64,000 bases of DNA from Deltaproteobacteria bacterium (GTDB lineage: Bacteria > Myxococcota_A > Polyangia > Polyangiales > Houyiibacteriaceae): NCBI GenBank assembly GCA_034670305.1, contig JAXMNT010000005.1:1-64000 (forward strand), read 5' to 3'. This document shows, piece by piece, positions 39,248-51,302 of this stretch. Both the position numbers and the translations under genes were made by a program. How positions within the stretch are numbered: the first letter of the stretch is position 1; every line of letters starts with the position of its first letter. The notes below the pieces were generated by a model. The model made no database searches. It worked only from the letters and a program-made list of their open reading frames with translations, and was not told the DNA's origin.

Positions 39248-39844
39248 GTGGCGAAGGCATCTCCGATCTCTGTAGACGACGCGCGGACGACGCAGATCCT
39301 GGACGCCGCAGTCGAGGTGTTCCTGCGGTTCGGGTTCCGCAAGACCTCGATGGCGGAGGTCGCGCGGGCGGCGGACCTGTCGCGGCAGGGGCTCTACCTT
39401 CACTACCCAGCCAAGGACGATCTCTTCTGCGCCGCGATCGCACATGTGCTCGCGACGTCGCTGGCCGAGGCCACCACGCTGCTCGAGGACGCATCGCTGG
39501 GGCTCGAAGCGCGGCTGTGCGCTGGCATCGATGCGTGGCTTGGGCGCTACGTGGGCGTCTTTGGAACGGACACGTCGGATCTCGGGTCTGCGGTCGAACG
39601 GCTCGCCGCCGACGAGGTCGCCAAGCACGTCGCGGCGTTCCGGAACCGGGTGGGCAAGGTCGTGCGCGGTTCGGGGCTGGCCAAGGCGTACCGGCCGGCC
39701 AAGCTCACCGCGAAACAGCTCACCGGCGCGCTGTGCGACACCGCCGCGGGCCTCAAACTCAAGTGCGCCACCCGCGACGAGTTCCGCACCCGGCTCAACG
39801 CGGTCGTGCGCGCCTGGTGCCTCCCACTCCGGGAGACGCGATGA
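39248..39844 (+). CDS. TetR/AcrR family regulator
   Basis: ILDAAVEVFLRFGFRKTSMAEVARAADLSRQGLYLHYPAKDDLF. Confidence 0.92.
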   Translation: MAKASPISVDDARTTQILDAAVEVFLRFGFRKTSMAEVARAADLSRQGLYLHYPAKDDLFCAAIAHVLATSLAEATTLLEDASLGLEARLCAGIDAWLGRYVGVFGTDTSDLGSAVERLAADEVAKHVAAFRNRVGKVVRGSGLAKAYRPAKLTAKQLTGALCDTAAGLKLKCATRDEFRTRLNAVVRAWCLPLRETR

Positions 39845-40881
39845 GCCCTGAAGACGAAGCGGCAGCGGAAGCGGAAGCGGAAGCAGAAGCGGTGGCGGAA
39901 GCGGCAGCGGAAGCGGAAGCGGCAGCGGCAGCGGCAGCGGAAGCGGTGGCGGGAGCGGGAGCGGGAGCGGGAGCGGAAGCGGAAGCCGATGCCGAATCCG
40001 AAGCCGAATCCGAAGCCGAATCCGAAGCCGACGCCGACGCCGACGCCGACGCCGATGCCGAAGCCGAAGCCGATGCCGAATCCGAAGCCGATGCCGATGC
40101 CGAATCCGAAGCCGAAGCCGAAGCCGGAGCCGAAGCCGAATCCGACGCCGAGGCCGAGCCCGATGCCGAAGCCGACGGCGAAACCGAATCGGTCGGAGCC
40201 GACGCGCCGCCCGGGGTTCGGAAGAAGCCTTGGGGGCCCAAGGCGGCGCTGGTGCTCACCGTTGTGGCGGGGCTGGTGACGGCGCACCAGTTCGGGGTGT
40301 TCGAGGCGTTCGCGGAGCCGGCCGAGCTGCGGGACTGGCTTGTGGCTCAGGGCGGCTGGGGGCAGCTGGCGTTCGTGGTCGCGTACATGCTCTTTCAGCC
40401 CTTTGGGGTGCCCGGCACGCTCTTCCTTTTGGTCGCACCGATGATCTGGCCGTGGCCGGAAGCGTTCGCGCTCACGATGGCGGGCACGATGGCCGCGAGC
40501 ATCGTCGGGTTCTCGTTTGCGAGGTTCGTGGCGCGGGACTGGGTGACGCCGAGGATCCCGGCGAAGTTCCGGAAGTACGACGAGGCGCTCGCACGCCGGG
40601 GATTCGTCACCGTGACCGCGCTGCGGTTCGTCCTGTGGATGCCGCCGCTTCTGCACGCGTTTTTCGGCGTGTCGCGGGTGGGTTTTTGGACCCACTTCTG
40701 GGGGTCGCTCGTGGGCTACGCGCTGCCGCTCCTCGGCATGGCGTATTTCGGCGAGGGACTCTTCGAGTGGCTGGCGGAGATCCCGGCGGTGGCGTGGGTG
40801 GCGATCAGCGTCGCGACCGTGCTGGTGGTGGGTTCTGCGTTCGTGTGGCGCGTTCGCCGGCGCCGCGCCGCCTCGAGCTGA
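39841..40881 (+). CDS. TVP38/TMEM64 (VTT/DedA-like) membrane protein with an acidic hexamer-derived N-terminal extension
   Basis: ATGA overlap with the TetR stop. About 105 aa of AE/AD/SE repeats, then PGTLFLLVA...[11 protein letters not shown]...LRFVLWMP...GVSRVGFW. Confidence 0.82.
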   Translation: MSPEDEAAAEAEAEAEAVAEAAAEAEAAAAAAAEAVAGAGAGAGAEAEADAESEAESEAESEADADADADADAEAEADAESEADADAESEAEAEAGAEAESDAEAEPDAEADGETESVGADAPPGVRKKPWGPKAALVLTVVAGLVTAHQFGVFEAFAEPAELRDWLVAQGGWGQLAFVVAYMLFQPFGVPGTLFLLVAPMIWPWPEAFALTMAGTMAASIVGFSFARFVARDWVTPRIPAKFRKYDEALARRGFVTVTALRFVLWMPPLLHAFFGVSRVGFWTHFWGSLVGYALPLLGMAYFGEGLFEWLAEIPAVAWVAISVATVLVVGSAFVWRVRRRRAASS

Positions 40882-41100
40882 CGTCCCCAGTGGAGGACGT
40901 AGCTGCGGACCAGACGCGCGGCGGTGTTTCGCACGCATGGGACGCAACCCGGCACCGATGCGGCCGACAAGCACCGCCGGTCCCCTGTTTGGGGGATGTG
41001 AACCAGGCCGATGCGCACCCACGGTGCGGTGGGCTGCCTTGCCGGGTCTCTTGGGACACGGCAGATTCGCGCCACTTGAACTGGGTGCGGGGAGTGTCGA

Positions 41101-43248
41101 ATGTCGAAGCGTTGGGGTTGGGTTGGGTTCGTGTGCTTGGTGGCTGCGTGTGGTGGCGACGACGGCACGACGTGCCCCGACGGCATGATGGTGATGGACG
41201 GACGCTGTGTGATGGCGTTCGACGGCGGCGGGGACACCGGGCCGTGTGATCCAACCACCGCCGAAGCCTGCAACGGCGTCGACGACGACTGCGACGGGAC
41301 CGTCGACGAGAACGTGACCCAGGCCTGCGGCCTGACGATGGAAGGTCAGTGCACGATGGGCACCGAGACCTGCGTCGACGGAATGTTCGAAGGGTGCGAC
41401 GCGGTCGAGCCGGTCGACGAAGTGTGTGGCGATGGGCTCGACGACGACTGCGACGGGGCGGTCGACGAGCGCTGCATGTGCACGCCCGGCGAGAGCCAAG
41501 CCTGCGGCAGCGAAGTCGGAGAGTGCATGCCCGGGGTTCAGGTCTGCGGGGACGACATGTTCTTCGGCACCTGCGACGGCGCGGTCGGGAGCTCCGCCGA
41601 GGTCTGCGACGGACTCGACAACGACTGCAACGGCGTGGTCGACAACGGCAACCCGGGCGGGGGCGGCGCATGCGGTACGAGCGTCGGCGCATGTTTGCCC
41701 GGCATCGAGATGTGTCTGGAGGGCGCCATCGTGTGCATGGGCGGCGTGAGTGCGACCGACGAGGTCTGCAACGACGTGGACGACGACTGCGACGGCATGA
41801 CCGACGAAGGGGTGCTGCTCGAGTGGTACCCGGACATGGACGGGGACGGCTTCGGCGACTCGACGGTGGGCGCCGTGCTCGACTGCGAGACGCCCCCGGC
41901 CCTGCCTGGCGCCGTGAACGACAACACCGACTGCGACGACGACTGCGCCGCGTGCACGCCCGGTGCCGTGGAGCTGTGCGACGGGTTGAACAACGACTGC
42001 GACGACGACTCGAACATCGACGAAGGCATCGGCAGCTGCGTGTTCGGCGACGACGTGTCGTGCGTGACGACGTGCGGGAGCACCGGCACCGGCACCTGCA
42101 ACGCGATGTGCGAGCCGCCGGACGACAGCGCTGCGTGCGACCCGCCGGAAGAGAGCTGCAACTTCGCGGACGTGGACTGCGACGGCATCGAAGACGAGGA
42201 CACCCGTGAGATCGTGCTGTCGGCCGCGCTCTCGTCGGGGTTCGACGACGCGGACGAGGTGCGCATCGTGCCGATCGCGACCGGGTTCTTGGCGGTCGTG
42301 CTCCACGGACGGCGGATCGATGCCCAGAGGCTGAGTACCGCCGGGGTACCGACGGGGAGTTCGCTCAAGATCAACATCGCCAACGACGTCGACAACATGG
42401 ACATCGATGTGTTCAACGGAGACCGCGTGGTCGTCGCGTGGACCCGCACCGGAGACGAGCTCGCCGCCGCGGTGCTGCGCGCGCGGTCCACGGGCATCAC
42501 CTTCGAACGGGTGGAGCGGATCATCGACGCGGACGCCGAACAGTTCGGCGACGTCGCCGTGGCCGCGAACGAGAGCGAGATCGTGTTCGCGTACGGCAAC
42601 GGGATCGGCGCGCTCGGAGACACCAACATCCGGCTGGCGCGGACGACCACAGCGCTCGGCGGTGTGAACACGACCGAGTTGCTTCAGCCACTGGCCTTCG
42701 CCCGCAAGTCCGCGCTGGATCTCATCGAGTCGGCCGGCACGTTCACGCTGGCTTTCGAAAACGGCGCGTCGGTGCGCACCGGCACCGTGACCACCACCGC
42801 GGGCAACCCGAACTTGCCCTCGAGCTCGGTGGCGGGCACGTGCGAACACCCGGTGCTCGGCGAGCGGGGCGACGGAGAGCGGGTGCTCGGATGTGTGTCC
42901 GGGTCAGAGCTTCTGAGTTGGACCTTGAACGCGTCGAGCGCGGTGGTGGGTGCGCCGACGCGCATGACCAACGTGGTGCCAGCGATCTCGTCCGGCACCC
43001 AGACGCACCGGGTGGCGTTCAGCGGCGGCGCGTGGATCTGGGGCGGCGCCATGACGCCGGCCGCGGGCTTCAACAACTTCATCGGGACCCGCGAGACCGA
43101 TGTCGCGCTCGCGAACGTGGGCGCGGCGTCGGTGTTCTTCGGGACCTTCGAGGGCGCGGACGTGGCGGCCGACGGCGCTGGCAACGTCGTGGGCATCATC
43201 GCCAACACCGGTTCGAGCACGCGGGTGTGGGTCTACTCGTGTCCATGA
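41101..43248 (+). CDS. Lipoprotein with multiple MopE-related Cys/Asp repeats and a beta-rich C-terminal domain
   Basis: Lipobox LVAA-C; about 6 copies of ExCxGxD(D/N)DCDGxxDE; WYPDMDGDGFGD. Confidence 0.85.
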   Translation: MSKRWGWVGFVCLVAACGGDDGTTCPDGMMVMDGRCVMAFDGGGDTGPCDPTTAEACNGVDDDCDGTVDENVTQACGLTMEGQCTMGTETCVDGMFEGCDAVEPVDEVCGDGLDDDCDGAVDERCMCTPGESQACGSEVGECMPGVQVCGDDMFFGTCDGAVGSSAEVCDGLDNDCNGVVDNGNPGGGGACGTSVGACLPGIEMCLEGAIVCMGGVSATDEVCNDVDDDCDGMTDEGVLLEWYPDMDGDGFGDSTVGAVLDCETPPALPGAVNDNTDCDDDCAACTPGAVELCDGLNNDCDDDSNIDEGIGSCVFGDDVSCVTTCGSTGTGTCNAMCEPPDDSAACDPPEESCNFADVDCDGIEDEDTREIVLSAALSSGFDDADEVRIVPIATGFLAVVLHGRRIDAQRLSTAGVPTGSSLKINIANDVDNMDIDVFNGDRVVVAWTRTGDELAAAVLRARSTGITFERVERIIDADAEQFGDVAVAANESEIVFAYGNGIGALGDTNIRLARTTTALGGVNTTELLQPLAFARKSALDLIESAGTFTLAFENGASVRTGTVTTTAGNPNLPSSSVAGTCEHPVLGERGDGERVLGCVSGSELLSWTLNASSAVVGAPTRMTNVVPAISSGTQTHRVAFSGGAWIWGGAMTPAAGFNNFIGTRETDVALANVGAASVFFGTFEGADVAADGAGNVVGIIANTGSSTRVWVYSCP

Positions 43249-44447
43249 GGGGCGCGCGCAGCGGGTGGGTCGACGGGTGGCGTGCCGTCTGGGCGGGGTT
43301 CGTGCGCGCCGGATTCGTCACGGTGCGAACCAAGTCGGTCGCGTTGGCGATGGCGGTCGCGGTCGTGCTCGTTGGATGCAGCGGCGGCGCGTGTCCGGAG
43401 GGGCTGCGCGAAGTCGGCGGCATGTGCGTCCCAGAAGACGCGGGCGCGGGCGACGCATGCGTCCCCGGCGCGGAGACCTGCGACAACACGGACGAGGACT
43501 GCGACGGCGCGATCGACGAGGAGGTCACACGGCCGTGCGGCACCGATCGAGGCGCGTGCGAGACCGGCACCGAGACCTGCACCGGTGGGGTGTGGGGACG
43601 CTGCGTCGACCCGGTCGATCCCTCCACCGAGGTCTGTGACGGCAGCCTCGACGACGACTGCGATGGCGCCGTGGACGAAGCATGTGCGTGTCCCGAGGGC
43701 ATGGCGCGCGCGTGCGGCACCACCGAAGGGCTCTGTGAGACCGGCGGTCAGGTGTGCACCGATCTGGCGTGGGGCGCGTGTGAAGGCGGCGTCGAGCCGG
43801 TGGCCGAGACCTGCGATGGACTCGACGAGGACTGCGACGGCATGGTCGACGAAGGACTCGGACGGCTCTGGTTCCGAGACGCTGACGCAGACGCCTTCGG
43901 CGACCCGGACGACACGCGCGCCGGCTGCAGCGCGCCCGAAGGGTACGTGAGCCGCGGCGACGACTGCGACGACAGCCGCAAAGGCACCTTCCCCGGCGCG
44001 CCGGAAGCCTGCGGCGGCGAGGACGAGGACTGCGACGGGCGCATCGACGAAGGTGCGAGCGGCGGCGATCGGACGTTCTTCCGGGACGCGGACGGCGACG
44101 GGTTCGGGGACGACGGCACAACGATGCGCGGATGCGACGAACCCTCCGGCTACGTTGGCCGCGGCGGCGACTGCGACGACAGCGACAACCGCGTGCACCC
44201 CGACCAGACGGGGTTCTTCTCGTCGCCCGCAACCGGCGGCGGCTACGACTTCGACTGCGACGGCGCGCAGACGCGCGAGTTCACCCGAGCCGCGGGATCG
44301 TGCGAACTGACCTGCCCCTCGAGCGCGAGCGGTTGGTCCGGCGCCGTACCGAGCTGCGGGGCCGAAGGCACCTACCGTCCCTGCTCGTTCGGCGGCGGCG
44401 GCGGCTGCAGCAACACCCCCATGTCGCGCCTGCAAACCTGCCGCTAA
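43245..44447 (+). CDS. Lipoprotein with MopE-related Cys/Asp repeats
   Basis: ATGA overlap with the previous gene (the true start may be later). Lipobox [17 protein letters not shown] repeats, [11 protein letters not shown] and YDFDCDG. Confidence 0.85.
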   Translation: MRGARSGWVDGWRAVWAGFVRAGFVTVRTKSVALAMAVAVVLVGCSGGACPEGLREVGGMCVPEDAGAGDACVPGAETCDNTDEDCDGAIDEEVTRPCGTDRGACETGTETCTGGVWGRCVDPVDPSTEVCDGSLDDDCDGAVDEACACPEGMARACGTTEGLCETGGQVCTDLAWGACEGGVEPVAETCDGLDEDCDGMVDEGLGRLWFRDADADAFGDPDDTRAGCSAPEGYVSRGDDCDDSRKGTFPGAPEACGGEDEDCDGRIDEGASGGDRTFFRDADGDGFGDDGTTMRGCDEPSGYVGRGGDCDDSDNRVHPDQTGFFSSPATGGGYDFDCDGAQTREFTRAAGSCELTCPSSASGWSGAVPSCGAEGTYRPCSFGGGGGCSNTPMSRLQTCR

Positions 44448-44451
44448 CTTT

Positions 44452-44766
44452 GGATTCGGCTTCGGCTTCGGCTTCGGCGTCGGCATCGGCGTCGGCTCGT
44501 CGGCTTCGGCGTCGGCTTCGGCATCGGCGTCGGCTTCGGCGTCGGCTTCGGCTTCGGCGTCGGCATCGGCGTCGGCTTCGGCGTCGGCTTCGGCCTCGGC
44601 TTCGGCTTCGGCGTCGGATTCGGATTCGGATTCGGATTCGGATTCGGCTTCGGCTCCGGCTTCGGCTTCGGCTTCGGCGTCGGCGTCGGCTTCGGCTTCG
44701 GCGTCGGCGTCGGCGTCCGCATCGGCTTCGGCATCGGCATCGGCTTCGGGTTTTCGGATTCGGATC
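44452..44766. repeat. Intergenic hexamer tract (TCGGCN/TCGGAT)n
   Basis: Directly visible. Confidence 0.95.
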
Positions 44767-44819
44767 CCGCAACTGCTCCGTCCACCGGTCGACGAGGCGC
44801 ACTCACCAAGGAGTGTGCG

Positions 44820-45950
44820 ATGACGAAATGGTTGGCGATGGGTGTGCTGTGTGTGTCGGTGCTGGCGTGCGATGAGGAAGGGGGCTGTCCTTCTGGCATG
44901 CATCTGGAGGCGGGCCGATGCGTGGGCTCGAGGACCGACAGCGGACCGGCGGATGCTGGCTTCGCGGGCGACGGTGGAGCAGCAGACGCGGGTGCGATGC
45001 GCGACGCGGATCTGGCGGACGCGTGCAGCCAGGAGGTCTGCAACGGCCACGACGACGACTGCGATGGCGCGACGGATGAAGGGATCCACGGCGAGGTGTG
45101 CGGCAGCGACGAGGGTCTGTGCGTGCGCGGCATCGGCTCGTGCGTCGACGGCGTGTTCGCATGCGAAGGGTCCGTCGAAGGCATGGAGGAAGTCTGCAAT
45201 GGCGTCGACGACGACTGCGACGGGACGATGGACGAAGCGGATCCGGAGCTGGGCGTCGCATGTTCCGCTGGCGGCGGTTGCGGACCCGGCATCCAGGTGT
45301 GCGTCGAAGGCGCACTGCAGTGCATGGGCGAGGTCGAACCGAGCGAAGAGATCTGCAACGGGTTGGACGACGACTGCGACGGACACGTGGACGAGGACAG
45401 CGTGTCCGGCCGGTGCGGGAGCGATGTCGGCGCGTGTGTGCCCGGACGCGCGCGCTGCACCGATGGCGTGGAGGTGTGTGCGGGCGGCGTGCAGCCGGTC
45501 GACGAGACCTGCGATGGCCTCGACAACGATTGCGACGGGGCGAGCGACGAAGGGGTGTCGACGCCTCTCTACGAAGACGCCGACGGAGACGGATTCGGAA
45601 CCGGCGCACCGCTCGAGCTCTGCGCGGGGACCGAGGGGTACGCGGAGGTCGGCGGCGACTGCAACGATGGCAACCCGGTGGTGCGGCCGAACCAGACCAC
45701 GTTCTCGGGCGAGCCAATCGTCAGCGGCGGCTTCGACTACGACTGCAACGGGGAAGAGGAGCCGCGGTACACGACGGTGCGGTCGAGCTCGGACTGCACG
45801 TGTCCCACGATCGGCTCGACCGCGTTCTGGCTCTACTCGGCGCCTGCGTGCGGTGTCGAAGGACGGCTGAAGCGGTGCGTGCGGAACGCGTTCACGCTGG
45901 CGTGTGATCAACTCGAAGTGGACCGAAACTTCGTGCAACCATGCCGCTGA
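44820..45950 (+). CDS. Lipoprotein with MopE-related Cys/Asp repeats
   Basis: AAGGAG RBS, lipobox [17 protein letters not shown]-type repeats, [10 protein letters not shown] and FDYDCNG. Confidence 0.85.
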   Translation: MTKWLAMGVLCVSVLACDEEGGCPSGMHLEAGRCVGSRTDSGPADAGFAGDGGAADAGAMRDADLADACSQEVCNGHDDDCDGATDEGIHGEVCGSDEGLCVRGIGSCVDGVFACEGSVEGMEEVCNGVDDDCDGTMDEADPELGVACSAGGGCGPGIQVCVEGALQCMGEVEPSEEICNGLDDDCDGHVDEDSVSGRCGSDVGACVPGRARCTDGVEVCAGGVQPVDETCDGLDNDCDGASDEGVSTPLYEDADGDGFGTGAPLELCAGTEGYAEVGGDCNDGNPVVRPNQTTFSGEPIVSGGFDYDCNGEEEPRYTTVRSSSDCTCPTIGSTAFWLYSAPACGVEGRLKRCVRNAFTLACDQLEVDRNFVQPCR

Positions 45951-46017
45951 CGTATCGTATGTGATACTGGTGTTCGAGGGTTGATACGGATCGGGCGTCG
46001 GCTGGGGGGTTGCTGAT

Positions 46018-46363
46018 TCCGAAGCCGAAGCTGACGCCGCCGAAGTCGACGCCGAGGCCGAGGCCGAAGCCGACGCCGACGCCGACGCCGAGGCCGAAGC
46101 CGACGCCGATGCCGATGCCGAATCCGAGGCCAAAGCCGAGGCCGAAGCCGACGCCGACGCCGACGCCGAGGCCGAAGCCGAACCCGAGGCCGAAGCCCGA
46201 AGCCGAAGCCGACGCCGAGGCCGAAGCCCGAAGCCGAAGCCGACGCCGTGGCCGAAGCCAACGCCGAAGCCGAAGCCGACCCCGACCCCGAAGCCGAGGC
46301 CGAAGCCGAGGCCGAAGCCGAACCCGAGCCCGAAGCCCGAAGGCCCAGGCCGAGGCCGAAGCC
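46018..46363. repeat. Intergenic hexamer tract (GCCGAN/CCCGAA)n between convergent genes
   Basis: Directly visible; reverse-complement type of 44452-44766. Confidence 0.95.
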
Positions 46364-46370
46364 GGTCGCC

Positions 46371-47042
46371 TCAGTCGTCCAGGTCTGGCATCGCGCAAGG
46401 TGAGGAGAACGGGGCTTGGTGCGGTTGGAGGAGGGCGGCGATGGCCGCGACGTCCTCGAGGACGGGGGCGCGGAGCCAACTTTGAAGCACGGCGCGGTTG
46501 GTCGCCTGGCTCTCGTCCGATTCGGGGAACCGGTTCAAGAACACGGCCGTCAACCGCAGCCCTCGATCCGCGACCGCGAGCGCGGCGGCGCGCGCGTCGG
46601 AGAGGCACCCGAGGCGGTTGGGGACGACGAGCAAGAGCTCGGGGTGGAGCCGAGCGGCCAGATCGAGCATGTCGAGTTCCGCCGTCAGAGGGACGAGGGG
46701 TCCGCCGGCCCCCTCGACCAAGACCATCTCATGGTCGGCTGCGATCGCGTGGATCCCCGCCTCGATCCGATCGATGTCGGGCGGCGCGCCCCCGCCCATG
46801 ACCACGGCCTGCGGCGCCAATGGTGGGGCGGCTCGGTAGAAGGATGGGTGGTGTGCGTAGGTGAAGCCGCCCGCCTCATCGAGCGCGAGCGCGTCCAGCG
46901 GTGCGCCTTCGACCACCCCGGTCTCGATCGGTTTGAGTCCGACCGCGTCGTGCTCCTCGCGCAGGACCCGGAGGAGGTTGCACGTGAAACATGTCTTGCC
47001 GACGCCGGTCCCAGTGCCGGTCACAAAGACGATTCGGCTCAT
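46371..47042 (-). CDS. bioD: Dethiobiotin synthase
   Basis: [24 protein letters not shown] and LGCLS motifs. Confidence 0.92.
   Translation of the reverse strand: MSRIVFVTGTGTGVGKTCFTCNLLRVLREEHDAVGLKPIETGVVEGAPLDALALDEAGGFTYAHHPSFYRAAPPLAPQAVVMGGGAPPDIDRIEAGIHAIAADHEMVLVEGAGGPLVPLTAELDMLDLAARLHPELLLVVPNRLGCLSDARAAALAVADRGLRLTAVFLNRFPESDESQATNRAVLQSWLRAPVLEDVAAIAALLQPHQAPFSSPCAMPDLDD
46976..46991. promoter_or_regulatory. parS-like site inside bioD
   Basis: GGTTGCACGTGAAACA versus consensus TGTTNCACGTGAAACA. Confidence 0.65.
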
Positions 47043-48163
47043 CGAAGGGCTCGGATGGCGGAGACCAAGGACTCCACCTCATCGGGTCGATGCGTCGCCA
47101 TCGGTGTGATGCGCAGGCGGGCGGTTCCTTCTGGAACGGTGGGGGGGCGGATGGCCCCCACCAGAAGATTGCGCTCCAGCAGTGCTGCGGAGAGCGCCAA
47201 GGCGCGCTCGTTGTCGCCCACGACCCAGGGGACGATCGCGCCCTCCCCCTCCGCCAGCCCGAGCTCACTCCGCAGCGCGTGGGTGTGGCGACGCAGGCTG
47301 TCTCGCAGACCCTCCGCGTCCCGGCAGAGTCTCACCGCGACTTCGATCGCGGGCAGCAACGCCGCGGGGAACGCAGTCGAGAAGACGAAGCTGCGGGCCC
47401 GGTTCACCAGGAAGTCTTGCAGCGCGCCCGTCCCCGCCACGAAGGCCCCTGCCAATCCGAGCCCCTTGCCCAGCGTCCCGACCAGCACATCGGGCACCAC
47501 CCCGAGCTCGGCGCAGCGCCCGGCCCCGCTCGGACCCACGACGCCCAAGGCGTGCGCTTCGTCCACCAGAAGCCAAGCGTCGTGCGCATCGCACAGCGAG
47601 CGCAGGCCCTTCAAGTCGGCCAGGTCGCCATCCATCGAGAAGACCGACTCGGTCAGGACCAGCGCTCGACCTGAGCCCCGATGGGCTTCGAGGCCGGTTG
47701 AGAGCGCTTCCAAACAGGCGTGCTCGACCACCACCACCTTGGCTCGGGACAGCCGAGCGCCGTCGATCAGGCTCGCGTGAATCAGCCGGTCCGAGAACAC
47801 GACGTCGCCTTCGCCCATGAGGCTCGAGACCGTCCCCACGTTGGCCGCGTAGCCGCTCGAGAAGAGCGTGGCGGAGGGCAGGCCCACGTACTCGGCCAGG
47901 GTCTCTTCGGCCCGAACGTGCCCAATGAGATTGCCGGTGATCAGCCGACTGCTGGGAGACCCCGCGCCCTGGACAGCTTCCAGCAGGCCGGGGTGACTGG
48001 CCAAGCCCAGGTAGTCGTTGGAGCAGAAGTTGAGCACGGGCTCCGGCCGACCGCTGAGTCGCACCGTCGTCCCCGGTCCTTCCAAGGTCCGAAGCCGCCG
48101 ACGGAGACCAAGGCGCTCGAGTTCTTCGAGGCGCGTCCGCAGCGTTTCATCCAAGCTCGACAT
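47039..48163 (-). CDS. bioF: 8-amino-7-oxononanoate synthase
   Basis: NFCSNDYLGLA, SGYAAN, HASLIDG, ESVFSMDGD, VDEAHA and GTLGK motifs. Confidence 0.93.
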   Translation of the reverse strand: MSSLDETLRTRLEELERLGLRRRLRTLEGPGTTVRLSGRPEPVLNFCSNDYLGLASHPGLLEAVQGAGSPSSRLITGNLIGHVRAEETLAEYVGLPSATLFSSGYAANVGTVSSLMGEGDVVFSDRLIHASLIDGARLSRAKVVVVEHACLEALSTGLEAHRGSGRALVLTESVFSMDGDLADLKGLRSLCDAHDAWLLVDEAHALGVVGPSGAGRCAELGVVPDVLVGTLGKGLGLAGAFVAGTGALQDFLVNRARSFVFSTAFPAALLPAIEVAVRLCRDAEGLRDSLRRHTHALRSELGLAEGEGAIVPWVVGDNERALALSAALLERNLLVGAIRPPTVPEGTARLRITPMATHRPDEVESLVSAIRALR

Positions 48164-48209
48164 GGGAGCGCTCTAGCAGACTGCCCTACGTAGACCAGAC
48201 CGCCGGCCA

Positions 48210-48225
48210 CGTTGCACGTGAAACA
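48210..48225. promoter_or_regulatory. parS-like site
   Basis: CGTTGCACGTGAAACA. Confidence 0.75.
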
Positions 48226-48254
48226 TTCTCCACGACCGTTGCCTCTGGCACCGA

Positions 48255-48270
48255 AGTTTCACGTGAAACC
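48255..48270. promoter_or_regulatory. parS-like site
   Basis: AGTTTCACGTGAAACC, with a perfect 14-bp palindromic core. Confidence 0.8.
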
Positions 48271-48288
48271 TCCCAAGCCAAACCGACC

Positions 48289-49176
48289 TCAGAACTGCAG
48301 CAGATCCGAGCGGGGATCGCCTTCCAGCGCATCGTCCAGCACCTTCACGGCAGCCCGCACCTCATCGCCACCCCCTTTGGGCATGACGACCTCGAGGTGG
48401 GCGATGAGATCGCAGGGCGGGCCGCCCTTGAGCCGGGGACCCTTGCCCTTGAGCCGGAGCTTCATCCCGTTGGAGGCCCCCTCGGGCACCCGCAACTGCA
48501 CCATGCCCTCAGGCGTCGGGACCTCGATCTTCGCCCCCTCGAATGCCTCGAGCGGACGCACCGGGAGCCGCACGTGGAGCACGTCGCCTTCGAACCAATA
48601 GGCGTTGTGCGCACCCACCCGCATCGTGAGCACCAGATCCGACCGCCCACCCCGGCCGCGGAGTCCTTGCCCACTCAGCCGCAGTTGGTCGCCGTCCCGA
48701 ACGCCCGGCGGGATCCGCACCTTCACGGTGCGGGGACCCCTCGCCTCCTGGAGCACGATCTCCCGGGCCCCACCACGCACCGCATCCACGAATGTGAGAT
48801 CGAGGATGGCCGTGGAGTCGCGCGGCCGCGCAGGAGGCCGCCGTCCCCGCATCTGCTCGAAGATGTCTCGAGGATCAAAGGCGCCCCCCGAGAACGCGCT
48901 CCCGACGTCGAAGCTGGCGGCGCGGGCACGGGCGGCTTCCGGGTCGAACCCCTCGCGCAGCCCCACCATGCCGAACTCGTCGTAGAGCTTGCGCTTCCGC
49001 TCGTCCGAAAGAATGCGGTAGGCCTCGCCCACCCTCTTGAACCGCTCCTCAGCGCGCGGGTTGTCCGGGTTCCGGTCCGGATGGAGATCCCGAGCGAGCT
49101 TGCGGTACGCCTTCTTGATCTCCGCGGTGCTCGATCCCTTCGAAACCCCAAGGTCCTCGTAGTAGTTCGGCTCCAT
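48289..49176 (-). CDS. DnaJ-class chaperone without a zinc finger (CbpA-like)
   Basis: J-domain YYEDLGV...IKKAYRKLARDLHPD plus DnaJ C-terminal domain; no CxxCxGxG repeats. Confidence 0.9.
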   Translation of the reverse strand: MEPNYYEDLGVSKGSSTAEIKKAYRKLARDLHPDRNPDNPRAEERFKRVGEAYRILSDERKRKLYDEFGMVGLREGFDPEAARARAASFDVGSAFSGGAFDPRDIFEQMRGRRPPARPRDSTAILDLTFVDAVRGGAREIVLQEARGPRTVKVRIPPGVRDGDQLRLSGQGLRGRGGRSDLVLTMRVGAHNAYWFEGDVLHVRLPVRPLEAFEGAKIEVPTPEGMVQLRVPEGASNGMKLRLKGKGPRLKGGPPCDLIAHLEVVMPKGGGDEVRAAVKVLDDALEGDPRSDLLQF

Positions 49177-49316
49177 GCACCGACGATATGGGCCAAAGCC
49201 GCCGATGGCAACCCTTCTGGCGCCACTTTTGTCATTCTTTGGCCCCGTACGTGCCAATCTTGTCATATGCGGACTGAAACCCGTTGCGGTCCTCGTCTTG
49301 CCGCACTGAACCCCCC

Positions 49317-50077
49317 ATGGTAACCGCCGCACCCGTGAGCTTGGTCGATCTAACCCGCCTGCCCCAACACGTCGCCATCATCATGGATGGCAACGGTCGC
49401 TGGGCCCGCGCCCAAGGCGAGCTCCGAACGCTCGGCCACCGCGAGGGAAGCCAGTCGGTTCGCAAGATCGTGCGCGCCTGTCGCCGCCTCGGCATCGACG
49501 CGCTCACCCTCTACGCGTTCAGCGAACAGAACTGGTTCCGGCCTGGCCCCGAAGTCGCCGCGCTCATGGAGCTGCTGCGCGACTACCTGCAATCCGAACG
49601 CGACGAGCTGATGGAGAACGGGATCCGCCTGCGGGCGGTCGGACGCATCGAGAAGCTGCCGCCCTTCGTCCGCGCCGTGCTCGACCCACTCATCGCCGAG
49701 ACCGCTCAGAACGACGGCATGACCTTGACCCTGGCGCTCTCCTACGGCGGCCGCGAGGAGATCATCGACGCGACCAAAGCGCTCGCCGAGCGGGTCAAGA
49801 CCGGCGCGCTGAACCCTGAGTCGATCGACGAACGAAGTTTCGAAACGTTGCTCCCGTCCCTCGACGTCGGCCGCGTGGACTTGCTCATCCGCACCGGTGG
49901 CGAACAGCGCATCAGCAACTTCTTGCTCTGGGGCGCGGCGTACGCGGAGCTCTACTTCACCGACCGCCTCTGGCCAGACTTCACCGAAGCCGACCTCTAC
50001 CAAGCGCTCGCTTCGTACCAGCACCGCGACCGCCGCTTCGGCCGGGTCGCCGATGGTTGCGTCCCGTCCGTGGCTGA

Positions 50078-50081
<4 letters not shown>
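49317..50081 (+). CDS. uppS: Undecaprenyl diphosphate synthase (cis-prenyltransferase)
   Basis: HVAIIMDGNGRWA, YAFSEQNW, SYGGR and IRTGGEQRISNFLLW motifs. Confidence 0.95.
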
Positions 50082-50989
<908 letters not shown>

Positions 50990-51302
50990 CCCTCGCCCGC
51001 TGTGCTCCGCTCGGCGTGCTCTGAGTTCTGTCGTCCGTTGCGTCTGCGTTCCGTACTCGGGCTTGGTCTTCGTGTCGGCACCGTTCCCGGTCCGTGAGCA
51101 ATCGCCCAGCACCGCGCCGCTCAAACCACCCTCTGCGCGGCCCCCCCACCGAACGCACCGAGCCTCTGGCCACCGTCCGAGCAAACGGATCCACCCATCC
51201 GACACCCCGCGCCTCCGTTGTTTCTCCGCCCGGAACCGAAGGCCGAGCACGTGACGCGTCGCGTTGTTGACGTGCCCCAACCGCGATGCGATGCAGCCAC
51301 GC

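Noticed and set aside
49241-49257. sigma54-like TGGCACG-N4-GGGC upstream of the DnaJ-class gene
   Set aside because: The -12 box is poor and the site reads equally weakly on both strands, so support is insufficient
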